NCBI RefSeq assembly: GCF_006345805.1
Contig: NC_043020.1
Span: forward strand, 8,742,001 to 8,806,000
Reading direction: 5' to 3'
Length of the DNA stretch: 64,000 bases
From: Octopus sinensis
Lineage: Eukaryota
Shown: positions 52,523 through 64,000 of the stretch, in pieces
Layout of the letters: the number at the start of each line of letters is the position of its first letter
Numbering within the stretch: position 1 is the stretch's first letter
Translations under genes and position numbers: made by a program
The notes under the pieces: generated by a model
What the model saw: the letters and a program-made list of their open reading frames with translations, nothing else
Database searches by the model: none
What the model was told of the DNA's origin: nothing

Positions 52523-53685
52523 CAGCAGCAGCAGTCAGAACCTCATCACATTCTGTGTCCCACTGAATCTCCCAGAGAACTATGTTAAGCAAACGTGTGT
52601 CTGTGGAGTACTCAGCCACTTGCACAGATCTTACAGATCTATGATAAAAAGGCATTCCAGCCATGACCGCTGCCTATTTTGTACATCCGAAACTACTATA
52701 TCCAATGTTTGGTTGCTATTTCTAGCAGATCCAAAAGTCTTACAAAAGTTACATTGTTGAATAGTGGTGGTGGTGGTTGTTCAACCCACACTCAATTATG
52801 ACCAAGGTGGACCTAGGACGAAAGAAAAAAGCCATTCCCACAAAAACCATGCAGTCATTGTTCTACTGTTTTAAAGACCAGTGTGGCGAGATTTAAAGGG
52901 AAATTTAGCTGCTATTTTTAGCATGTCAAGCACTGATGTACCTTGTGGTTTGATCTGAAGACAGTTGTAATAGTAGTGGTAGTAGTAGTAGTAATAGTGT
53001 TTTAGAGTGTTGCTCATATAGCTGCAGCGAGTGTGTCATTAAAACAGAACTGGAGGACAAGGTGGAGGCGATGTTGATGTTGATGTTTCGGGCCATGGTC
53101 AATGTTATGATGGTTGGTTGGTTGGTCGGTTGGTCTGTCGATTAGTCAGCTGGTTGACTGGTGGTCAGTCAGCTGGTCGGACAATGAGGAGGGATGGAAG
53201 GTATTACTGATGATGGCCACATTATATATTTCTTTACTACCCACAAGGGGCTAAACATAGAGGGGACAAACAAGGATCTACTAAACCAGGGATTAAGTCG
53301 ATTACATCGACCCCAGTGCGAGAAACTGGTACTTTATTTATCGACCCCGAAAGGATGAAAGGCCGATGGCCACATTATATACATTACTGATGATGGTGGT
53401 AATGCTATATAACTGACCTCACCTGTGCTGGTGCCATGTAAACAGCACTGAATCCATTCTGTGGGGTGGTCAGCGTTAGGAAGGACATCCAGGTGTAAAA
53501 ACCATGCCAAAACAGACACAGCAGCCTGGGGTAATCTTCTACTTGGCTGCCTCCTGTTGGACTGTCCAATCCATGCCAGCATGGAAGGCATTCGTTAAAC
53601 GATGATAACGATGATGGTGATGATAGTGCTAATAATTACTGATGGTGGTGGCAATGTTTTATTAATGATGGGCTTTCAATATTAA

Positions 53686-54270
53686 AATAATAATAATAAT
53701 GAAATTATTGTATACAGTGCTCAGGTGCACCACAACTTGTCAGAAAGTGCATATAAAGTACATGCAGTAATGTAAAAATGTCTGGAAAGCGAACAATGTA
53801 TGAGTCAGATACATGCCTGTGTGTGTATGGAGGGGAGAAAAATCAGGTGTAGTGTTGGCGAATCTCAGGAAGCATGGAAGTTTTGAAGGATGCAGTGCTC
53901 CGACAACTAACAACCGATGCCGGCAGTTTGTTCCATGCTTCAGCAACTCTCAGCGTGAAAAAATGTTTCCTGAAGTCATGGGAGCTGTGCTGTTTTCTTA
54001 CTTTGTAAATATGTCCACGGGTGTTAGATGGGTGGAGTTTGAAAAGGTGCTCAGAGTTATTGTTTGTACGATGGTTGATAATTTTATGGGTGTCTGCCAA
54101 GTCAGCTGCCAGATGTCGGAGTTTCAATGTGTCCATGCCCAGGGAAGTAAGGCATTCAGGATATGGCAAATGCCTGATGGAAGGTATTCTTTTGGTTGCA
54201 CGTCGCTGAACAGCTTCCAGACGATTGATATCCTGGGCAAGATAGGGGTTCCTCCTGGGCAAGACAGGGG
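53686..54270 (-). mobile_element. 5'-truncated CR1/L2-clade LINE (ORF2 C-terminus, 3'UTR, (ATT)n tail)
   Basis: ORF 53843..54262: NPYLAQDINRLEAVQRRATKRIP..LPYPE.L..LG...L..R....DL..FFT.RV..AWNKLP..VV, the CR1 C-terminal pattern. Confidence 0.9.
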
Positions 54271-54388
54271 AAAGTGTTTAATAATATTCCACCAGTGGTG
54301 GTGGCCATATTAAAGAGAAAAGCTGGCTTAGAAACGAAATAGAAATGTTACAACAGCAACAAGAACAACGAATTTATGAAGCACTTAC

Positions 54389-54463
54389 CTATAGAGGGAG
54401 ACTTAAACGGGTATTTCTCTGGAAGATCCACTCTTACCTTCCAGACTCCACCTTCATAAGGTG
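54389..54463 (-). CDS. UBE2H: UBE2H internal coding exon (75 bp): (T)[24 protein letters not shown](G)
   Basis: Manual translation; ttttcag acceptor and gtaagt donor; phase 1/1. The PYEGG..PFKSP motif is typical of E2 enzymes, and the size matches vertebrate UBE2H exon 3 as I recall it. Confidence 0.96.
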
Positions 54464-54736
54464 CTGAAAACAAGATAAAAGAACTCGTTAAGTCAACATG
54501 TAAAAAACACATTTCTTTAGCTTTTGTAATTAAGAATTTTTAAGGGGGAGAATTAAAACAAAAGGAGAAAAGAAAGAAAAACAGAATGAGGGTGGGGGTG
54601 GAATACAAAGAAAGACTACAGGATGTTAGGGAGGAAAAAGAGGGGAGAAGGGGGTGTAAAGAGAGAGATAGAGAGAAAAAACAGGAGAAAGAGGTAAGGA
54701 GGATTTGAGGGGAAGGGGGAAAGGAAGAAAAGAATG

Positions 54737-55140
54737 CACCTGTGCCGGTGCTGTGTAGACACACCTGTGCTAGTGCTGCATAGACGCACCTGCGCAGGTG
54801 CTGCATATATGCACCTGTGCTGCTGCTGTGTAGACACACCTGTGACAGTGCTGCATAGACGCACTTGTGCCAGTGCCATGTAGACGTACCTGTGCCAGTG
54901 CCACGTAGATGTACCTGTGCCAGTGCCACGTAGACGTACCTGTGCCAGTGCCACGTAGACGTACCTGTGCTGGTGGCACGTAAAAATCACCCAGAACACT
55001 GATAAGTGGTTGGTGTTAGGAAGGGCATCCAGCCTTAGAAACCATGCCGCAACAGACAACTGGAGCCTGGCCAGCTCCGTGTCAAACCATCCAACCCATG
55101 CCAACTTGGAAAGCAGATGTTAAATGATGATGATGATGAT
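54737..55140 (+). repeat. Family E SINE preceded by ~10 copies of a 25-bp unit (ACCTGTGCCAGTGCCACGTAGACGT)
   Basis: Period 25 (GTACC at 54911, 54936, 54961); divergence increases away from the SINE. Confidence 0.85.
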
Positions 55141-56637
55141 CTTAATTTGATTGCACCTATTGACATCTTTCACAACATTTCCTTCGTTTTTCTGTCAGAA
55201 AGAAAACTGGTTTCCAAATTTGTTTCATAAAATAACGTGCTTTTGTGTATACCTGAATGTGTGTGTGTGTGTGCGTGCACACGTGTATGTGTGTATCATG
55301 AGGTGATAGGTGAATTCTGACATCAGGAACATTCTTTGAGGCCGCCACATATAATTAGACAAGGCCAAGAGGGCAATTAATGGAATTTATCTGCCAAAAT
55401 TGTGATACAAATGAATTCGGTTTTTGGAAACTTGACAACATTTTAAACAAATACAAATTAAATATTTTCTAAATGTCTGAGATGAATTGTAATTAATAGA
55501 TTAATAGGATTATAAGTAGGGTTTATGTGGAGACATGTGGCTTAGTGGTGAGGGCCTTGGCCTGAGATTCTAAGGGTGTGAGCTTGATACCCGGGGGTGT
55601 ATTGCAGTCCTTGAGCAAAAGATTTTGCATTGCTCCAATCTACCCCACTAGCAAAAATCAGTTGTACCTGTAATTCAAAAGGGTCCAGCCTTGTCACATT
55701 CTGTGTCACACTGAATCTCCCAGAGAACTGCATTAGGCACACGTGTGTCTGTGGAGTACTCAACCACTTGCATGTTAATTAAATGAGCTGGCTATTCTGT
55801 TGATCAGATCAATTGGAATCCTTGTTGTCATGACCAATGGAGTGCCAGTTTAAGGTTTATTAGAGACAGAGAGAGAGAAAGAGAGAGAGAGAGACAATGA
55901 CAGGGAGAGAGAAAGAGAGACAATGACAGGGAGAGAGAGAGAGAGAGACAATGACAGGGAGAGAGAGAGAGAGCGAGACAGTGACACATAAACAGTTATA
56001 CATAAATGTACAGAATCCAGAAAGAGAACCTCTGCATGGTTCTTCAATACACTGAAAATAGCAGCCAATTCTCCAAATCCCACTTTACCAGAAAAAAAGG
56101 AGACGTAGCCAGTATAATGGAGTCTTGAAGATGAGATCACCAGAGATTGATTGGACTCTCTTGATCGTAGGCCTGCTCAATCAGGACTGACCTTGACTAA
56201 AAGACACACACACACACATACATTAGTCATACTCCAACCAAAATGTCAATCATCAATTGCAGTCAGCAGGCACTGATTCGAGTGATGGACGGTAAGGAAG
56301 CGCTGCAGCTGATAGTAGTCGAGGTAGACTTGGAACAGGAACAAAGGATGGAGACAGAGTTAGTCAGAACTATTAATTTCAATCAATTCAATGGCCGAGT
56401 AGATATGCTTATTAGACAACCGATTCAAAGCTTGTTGGGTTCAAATCCACTTCAAGTGCTTCCACTGTTTATTTGGGCCATGCATCTGATTCAACATTTT
56501 ACCAGCTCTCAGCTGTTAAGAACAGATGCCAGACATTTGGAGGAAATATTATCTATAATGGGCTTACATCCTACCCAAGTTTGTCATCTATTTCATTAAA
56601 TTCAAAATAATTCCTCAAAGACTTTAAAAAAAAAAAA

Positions 56638-56956
56638 GACTCCGCCGGTTACGACGACGAGGGTCCCAGCTGATACAATCAACGGAACAGCTTGCTCGTG
56701 AAATTAACGTGCAAATGGCTGAGCATTCCACAGACACGTGTACCCTTAACGTAGTTCTCGGGGATAATCAGCGTGACACAGAGAGTGACAAGGCTGACCC
56801 TTTGGAATACAAGTACAACTCATTTTTGCCAGCTGAGTGGACTGGAGCAACGTGAAATAAAGTGTCTTGCTCAAGGACACAACGCGTCGCTGGGAATCGA
56901 ACTCACAACCTTACGATCATGAGCCGAATGCCCTAACCACTAAGCCACGCGCCCTC
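56638..56956 (-). mobile_element. SINE with tRNA head, CORE-like segment and family C 3' domain
   Basis: Modular match to both families; diverged copy at 55525-55850 (+). Confidence 0.75.
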
Positions 56957-57292
56957 AAAGACTTTAGAGATATATTAGTTCCACATTTTGGCAGAAGGTC
57001 AGCAAGTTAAGTGCTTTTTTTGCCAACGCTGAAAGGATGACAGGCAAAGTCGACCTTGGTGGATTTTGAACTCAGAATGTAATAACAAAATGCTGTTGAG
57101 TATTTTGCCCCACCTGCTAATGATTCCACCAGCTCATTGCCTTATTTTAGAGACAGATCGCTTACTTTAGAGGCAGACTGCTTTATCCATTTGCCAATAA
57201 TCTTTCACCCTTTTACTTGTTTCAGTCACTGGACTGCAGCCATGCTGGGGCACAACCTTGATACAGAGAGAGAGAGACAGACAGACAGTGAC

Positions 57293-57346
<54 letters not shown>

Positions 57347-58931
57347 TGACATAGGGACGAACACTACAATCGAAACAAACCAACACCAGTAGTCAAGTGT
57401 TGCAGTGGAGGAAGGACAAACACACACAACAGGCTTCAACAAAGTTACTGTTTACAAAATTCACCCACAAAGCATTGGTCAGCCTGGGGTTATAGAAAAC
57501 ACTTGCCCAAGCAGCTGTGCAGCAGGACTGAACTCAAGACCACAAGGTTGCAAAGCAAGCTTCTTACCCTCACACCCATGCCCTGTGCCTAAAAAAAATC
57601 TCCTTTTTAAAAAGTTAAATTGAGAAAAGAAGGGACAGCGCCCATAAACTGTGCAAGTCCTTCTAGACTAGAGATATTAATAAAGCTGATAGCAACCACC
57701 CAGAATATCTATTTGTGAGCCGATGTCTACGGGAAAAACACAGGCAGAAGGGTACATTCTGAGTGACCTTCACTTTAACTATACACCCAATGAGCGATAA
57801 TTAAAGTGGGTGGCATGTTTAGGCTCAACACCTACATGCAAACTCCTGCAAGCAAAATCCACCACGACCACCTCCTAAGAGCTAAAGCGAATCCTGACCA
57901 TATTAGAGATATGAAACTAGTTAACAGGCTTCAGACTGGCAATCGATTCCTTCAGCCTTCAACGACTGTTTTTATGGGGACGGACGGACACACACACACA
58001 CGTTTGTGTAGTGCAATGGTTTCCCTTCCCATTCTACACACATACAATATAAACCTATGTTTCTCAACCATGGTCCATGTGACCCTGATGGAAGGGTCCA
58101 GAGGCAAAAAATGGTTGGAACCCCTGATGTAGATTTACAATTAAAGGCATTCCTACCATGGCCATCTTCTGATGTTACGGGTCTCTGGGACTCCATTATC
58201 TAATCTATCCTTCCATTTGTATTTTTCTTTTGTTCGAGAGGAAGATTTTAACTGCTATTTCTAGTATGTTGAGTGACTGCCTAGAGCAGTGATTCCCAAC
58301 CTTTCTATTCATGTCCAGGCCAGATCTAAAACCTGGATGTTTTTTAGGGGGTTGTACCAAGAAGAAAAAAAAAAAAAAGTAAAAAAAAAATCAAAAGAAA
58401 ATTTATATTTCTAGAGGGAAGATCCTCGGTGGAGGTCCCGATTAGATTTTGTTGCTAAAATTTATTTGCAATAAATTAGTTATACTTCTACAATTACACA
58501 AAAGAAGGGCATGGCTGTGTGGTTAGGGAGCTTGCTTCCTAGCTACATGGTTTCGGGTTCAGTCCCACTGCGTGGCACTTTGGGTAGGTGTCTTTCACTA
58601 TAGCCCCGAGCCGACCGAAGCTTTGTGATTGAATTCGGTAGGTGGAAGTTACTGCCGTGTGTGTATATGTGCGTGTAGGTGCTTGTGCCTCTCCCAAAGA
58701 GAGAGAGGGAAATAGGGTTGTTTTTAAAAGATCGAATGGCTGTGTGGGTCCGTTTGAGTAATGTAGGGATCAAAGGAGTCCCAGAGGTAAGAAATGGTTG
58801 AGAAACTCTTGTGGGGACCTCCCCACCTCATAAAAAAAATTACAGGCATTTATACAGACTGAAAGTTTATAAATCATAACACAGAAAAAACCCCAGCAAT
58901 TATAAAGATCTTCAATCTGAAAAAGAAAGAG

Positions 58932-59335
58932 GATCGTGGCTGTGTGGTAAGTAGCTTGCAAACCAACCACATGGTCCCGGGTTCAGTCCCACTGCGTGGC
59001 ATCTTGGGCAAGTGTCTTCTGCTATAGCCCCGGGCCAACCAATACCTTGTGAGTGGATTTGGTAGACGGAAACTGAAAGAAGCCTGTCGTATATATGTAT
59101 ATATATATATATATGTATGTGTGTGTACTTGTGTGTCTGTGTTTGTCCCCCTAGCATTGGCAACCGATGCTGGTGTGTTTACGTCCCCGTCACTTAGCGG
59201 TTCGGCAAAAGAGACCGATAGAATAAAGTACTGGGCTTACAAAGAATAAGTCCCGGGGTCGATTTGCTCTCGACTAAAAGCGGTGCTCCAGCATGGCCGC
59301 AGTCGAATGAGTGAAACAAGTAAAAGAGAAAAGAG
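58932..59335 (+). mobile_element. SINE family A copy
   Basis: Matches the consensus. Confidence 0.88.
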
Positions 59336-60113
59336 AGAAATATATCTGGACAAAGACGTATTGTGTCCTGTCTGTCTACCTCTCTCACTCACACAAATAT
59401 AATATACACACATATATACACAGCAACAAAACCAGCAGAGAGAGAGGCGGGGCAGTAAAAGTCTACCTAACCATATAAGCAAAAAAGCAAAAACCAGTAC
59501 CAACTGTTTGTGGTACTATGTGTGAATGAGAGAGAGGTAGACAGACAGGACAAACAATACATCTTTATCCAAATAAAAGAAAACTATGGGACCTCTTCAT
59601 GGCCGTTCTTCTCACTAGAAACAACAGCAACTCTAATTTCCCATTTTAAAAAGGGAAGGGTGTCAATTACGAGAGGGGCATTTCGAGTCCGGTTAAATGG
59701 ATTCGTTCTCTCTCTCTCTCTCTCCCAGACACCCAAATATATTTTGCAAGTCACTGCTGATGTTGCTAATGCGATTCAATAGAAGGTGTTAGGCGAGATA
59801 TTGCCTGTCTGTGCGTCGCACCCTCCCCGAGATTGCAAGAGTCTATAATTAATTATATCAAAAGATTATATTCGATAATACACACACACACACCATGCCA
59901 GAAGGGATGCCCGTGACTGGAACGCTTTTTATGATAGATCTACTAAACCAGGAATGACCTGAGACGAAGCAACATTGATAAAAACATCAAACATGCAGTC
60001 TAAGCCAACGTCTAACCAATTAGAAATAACAACCATATCTCTCTCAAATCACGCTACTTCTTAGATATTTTTAAAAAGTGCACGTTGTATGTATATATAT
60101 ATATATATATATA

Positions 60114-60220
60114 CCAAGTAATTAAGGGTTTAGCAACGATTTGCCTCACCACACACCGAATTTAGAAGTAGCAGTCAAAGAGTGGTGAGGCAAATCGTTG
60201 CTAAACCCTTAATTACTTAG
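60114..60220. mobile_element. Short hairpin MITE (~40-bp arms, TA-flanked)
   Basis: AAGTAATTAAGGGTTTAGCAACGATTTGCCTCACCAC and its reverse complement, about 29 nt apart. Confidence 0.7.
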
Positions 60221-60316
60221 TATTACTTAAGCCTTCCTTGAATGGGGCTTTTACATGCCGAAATCTACTTGGTGAAATTAATGATTATTCCAAATTAATT
60301 AATTTCACCCTATATT

Positions 60317-60353
<37 letters not shown>

Positions 60354-60799
60354 CGGTACTCCAGTGTGGCCGAAGATTAATGACTGAAACAAGTAAAAGA
60401 TAAAAAGACTTCGAATCAGAAGATTGTGAGTTCGTGTCTCAACGTTGTCGAATAATCTATTCAAAGCGGTGCTCCAGCATGGCTGCTGCAGTCAAATGAC
60501 TGAAACAAGAACACACACATAAATACATACACCAGTATACACACACATCATCATCATTATAGAAGGTGGCAAGCTGGAAGAAAGAATCGTTAGTACACCG
60601 GACGAAATGCTTAGCGGCATTTCGTCCGTCTTTACGTCCCGAGTTCAAATTCCGCTGAGGTCGACTTTGCCTTTTATCCTTTCGGGGAGTCGATAAAGTA
60701 AATACCAGTTACGCACTGGGGTCGACGTAACTGAAAAGTCCACTCCCCCAAAATCCTAGGCTTTGTGCTTATATTAGAAAGGTTTTATTATTATTGGCT

Positions 60800-61700
60800 A
60801 AATTTCGATATGAGTACCACAACTTAAGAAGAGTGGTCCCGGTGCGCGCACTCGCGCTAGCTAGTCGTGACTAGTCGATCCTACGACTACCTAGCAAAGT
60901 AAATAAAATACAAAATAAATAAAAAAAATTTAAAAACAAATAAAACACAAAGTAAATAATTTTTTTAAACAAACTAATTAAAGCACAAAAAACACAAAGT
61001 AAGGATCGACTAGTCACGACTAGCTATCGCGGCTGTGCGAGTGCGCGCACCGGGACCACTCTTCTTAAGTAGTATCAACGGAAGGCCGAGCGGTTCGTGT
61101 TTCGGCGCTGTAATCCTTTGCTGAAAAACTCATGTTTTTGGTTCTATTATACACACATGTGCGTACGCAATGTCTGTCTAGGGAAAGAAAAAGGCAGGAT
61201 GGCCACGGCCGCAACGCCTTAGATAAACAACTGCGTGAGCGAGTGAGAGGAGGTCAGAGGTGAGGCGAGGCAATAAACATAAACAATAAAAAGACTGAAA
61301 TTGCCTCACAAATAACGAGAGTACGTAAGAGAAGGGAGAGAACTCTCATTTGACTCTTTAGTGACATCAGATAAGTTTGCTATTGAAAGCAGTTTGTGGA
61401 CAAAGGAAAGTGGGAAAAAAAACCAATTTTTGTTTTTATACTTTTACCGTTTCCTGATTTTTATTTATTTATGTATTTTTTTAAATATTTTTCTACAAAA
61501 TTATCAACATCATCATCATCATCAACAACAACAACATCTGGAGGCTTGTCTTTTTTTTTTTTGCACGCGATTGCGTGTACATATAGTGTGTGTGTGTGTG
61601 TGCGTGTCTACATAGAAACAGCAGCAAACTGCAACTACGACATGCAAGCATTCGTTGCATCTCCAGTCACCCCTCTCTCTCCCTTTCTTGTTCTGGTTGA
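60800..61700. promoter_or_regulatory. CpG-retaining region, possible intragenic promoter or first exon
   Basis: CpG-rich non-SINE sequence at 61070-61330; candidate donors AC|GTAAGA (+, 61325) and ACG|GTAAAA (-, 61447). Orientation is unresolved. Confidence 0.3.
60828..61064. mobile_element. CpG-rich MITE with TTAA target duplication (Kolobok-like, GA..TC termini)
   Basis: TTAA at 60824-27 and 61065-68; ~60-bp TIRs GAAGAGTGGTCCCGGTGCGCGCACTCGC...CTAGTCGTGACTAGTCGATCCT around an A-rich core. Confidence 0.7.
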
Positions 61701-64000
61701 CTTTTAATAATGATTTCTCCCTTTTTATCAATTTATTCATATAATATCAATATACATTTAATTACATACCACGGTATATAATAATAATAATAATAATAAT
61801 TAATTCTTTTTATTTTTATATTTTTGATAATTAATGATGATGATGATGATGATAAGGGTATGCAATGTGTCAATATATTTTGCCTACAAATTATTATTGT
61901 TTGCATTGAGCGATTGATTATTTTTTAATTTTTACATAAGGAGAATTGGGTCATAACAACCATCGAATAACAATCATTTGAAATAATTTTAGGTCATTCT
62001 TTGCATTTTTTAAGGGACCAAGAAAAAACCTGGATCGATTTAATCAAACACACATTCATTTCCTTGTGTATTTTTCTTGTGATGACAAAAACAACAGAAT
62101 GGTGAATGAAAAAACAAGTTGCTATGGGGCATTTTTAGTTACGGCCCTTTTACATTCTCGGTTCAAATTCCGAGAGGTCCTTTTTTTTTTTTTAACCTTC
62201 AGTCCTTCCAGGGGAGATAAAATATAATAAATATTTTTACTAGTCAAGTAAATGAACAAAAGGATTTAGGGGGCTATGTGGTTAAAGAAGTTCGTGTCTA
62301 AACCATGATGAAGCTTGAGGTTCAATTCGTGTGTGTGCAGCAGTGGATATCTTGGGTAAAAACATTGCTAGTGGAATTTGCAAGAGGGGAAACTGTATGG
62401 AAGCTTGCCTGTGTGTGTGTGTGGGGGGGTGTATGTTGTGTACTAAGATAATGGAAGCACTCCGTTGGTTACGACGACGAGGGTTCCGGTTGATCCGAAT
62501 CAACAGAACAGCCTGCTCGTGAAATTAACGTGTAAGTGGTTGAGCACTCCACAGACACGTGTACCCTTAACGTAGTTCCCTTTGAAATGCAGATACAACA
62601 GAAACAGGAAGTAAGAGTGAGAGAAAGTTGTGGTGAAAGAGTACAGCAGGGATCACCACCATCCCCTGCCGGAGCCTTGTGGAGCTTTAGGTGTTTTCGC
62701 TCAATAAACACTCACAACGCCCAGTCTGGGAATCAAAACCACGATCCTATGACCGCGAGTCCGCTGCCCTAACCACTGGGCCATTGCGCCTCCACGTACT
62801 GAGATAAGTGTGCATAAGTATGTACGAAAGTGTGTAAAATTGTGTAGAGAGGTATAAGTGTGTGTATATATCTGTATGCGTGTGAGTGTGTGTAGCTATT
62901 TCAGAATACACAAAAACCACCTTATATTCCTCACTGTCCAGTGCAGCTTTGACCTGGTCATTGACACAATTCCACAGTAACTCACAGTTAGTGGTCAATC
63001 GACAAAAATATATATACACACCTCTCCTTCCAACCTAACTACTTTTCTCTCTATTCCCTCTCCCCCCACTGCCACTGGTTATGCAATGCAATTCTGTTGT
63101 TCATGTTTATTTTCCATCTCACAAAATATTAGTTTCGAATTTTGGCACAATGCCAGCAATTTTAGAGGAGGAGTAAGTCAATTTTACATCAATCCCAAGC
63201 TTCAATTGGTGCTTATTTTATCAACCCCCACCGAAAGGATGAAAGGCAAAGTTGACCTCAGTGGAATTTGAACTCAGAACGTAAAGACTGACAAAATGCC
63301 ACTAAGCATTTCTTAATGGCATTATCGAAGTAACGATTCCGCCAGCTTGCAGCAGCTTATCTCACAAAAAATATTGATAAAACAAATGTGTAAGTACCAG
63401 TAAATAAAATACATTGTACCAAACAAACACACACACACCAACAAAGGGAAATGTTGTGGTCAGGCAGGAGCAAACTGCAACTCACGGGACCTTCTGAATG
63501 GCATACCTTTAAGCCCACCTAATGATGAGCCATCTCTCACGTGGCCTGTTTCTTGAAAATGGTTACCCATGCCTACTCTAAGACAGCAGTTCTCAACTGT
63601 GGGTCCAAGAGCAGCATGTGACCCTCAAGCAATCTTCTGGCAGCCCCCGAAGATCTTCCCTCTAGAAATATAAATTTTATTTTGACTTTTTTTCCTTTTT
63701 TTTTTTCTTGGTACAACCCCCCAAAAAACATCCAGGTTTTAGATCTGGCCTGGATATGAATAGAAAGGTTGGGAATCACTGCTCTAGGCAGTCACTCAAC
63801 ATACTAGAAATAGCAGTTAAATCTTCCTCTCGAACAAAAGAAAAATACAAATGGAAGGATAGATTAGATAATGGAGTCCCAGATACCCGTAACATCAGAA
63901 GATGGCCATGGTAGGAATGCCTTTAATTGTAAATCTACATCAAGGGTTCTCAACCATTTTTTGCCTCTGGACCCCTTTGATTTCTATTTTACTTTTGTGG

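Noticed and set aside
56243-56599. 118-aa ORF on + in unique intronic sequence
   Set aside because: No recognisable homology or splice context; the length is compatible with chance.
62747-63019. ORF ..NCELLWNCVNDQVKAALDSEEYK.. as a coding exon
   Set aside because: No family recognised; splice sites are weak and fit neither frame nor neighbours.
63489-63554. 66-nt minus-strand pseudo-exon (ttttcaag...gtgagt) encoding ..LGGLK.., considered as UBE2H exon 2
   Set aside because: Wrong length and sequence for IESKHEVTILGGLNEF, and it resembles a repeat remnant (compare about 36210).

Overview
This is repeat-saturated eukaryotic DNA. Its tRNA-derived SINE families, (TA)n/(CA)n microsatellites and LINE relics are typical of an Octopus genome (inferred from recalled repeat content). 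There is one scaffold gap (5543-5641). The only host gene I can support is UBE2H, a ubiquitin-conjugating E2, on the minus strand. Five coding exons with canonical GT-AG junctions splice in frame: 54463-54389, 44816-44777, 41774-41722, 36651-36523 and 31537-31419. They include the HPN motif, the catalytic Cys and the acidic tail ending DMEL*. I could not find the first two coding exons, which probably lie beyond 64000. About 7.5 kb directly downstream of the stop codon is free of SINEs and ends at a good poly(A) site near 24200, suggesting a very long 3'UTR. Inside it is a perfect 120-bp palindrome (29534-29653) made of two mirror-image minimal type-I hammerhead ribozyme motifs of the Penelope-element kind; this is the most interesting signal. 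The rest is about five SINE families, CR1, RTE and R4/Dong LINE fragments, Tc1/mariner relics, MITEs, a Helitron, SINE-born minisatellites and several fold-back or inverted duplications. Nearly all listed ORFs are microsatellite or repeat artefacts.
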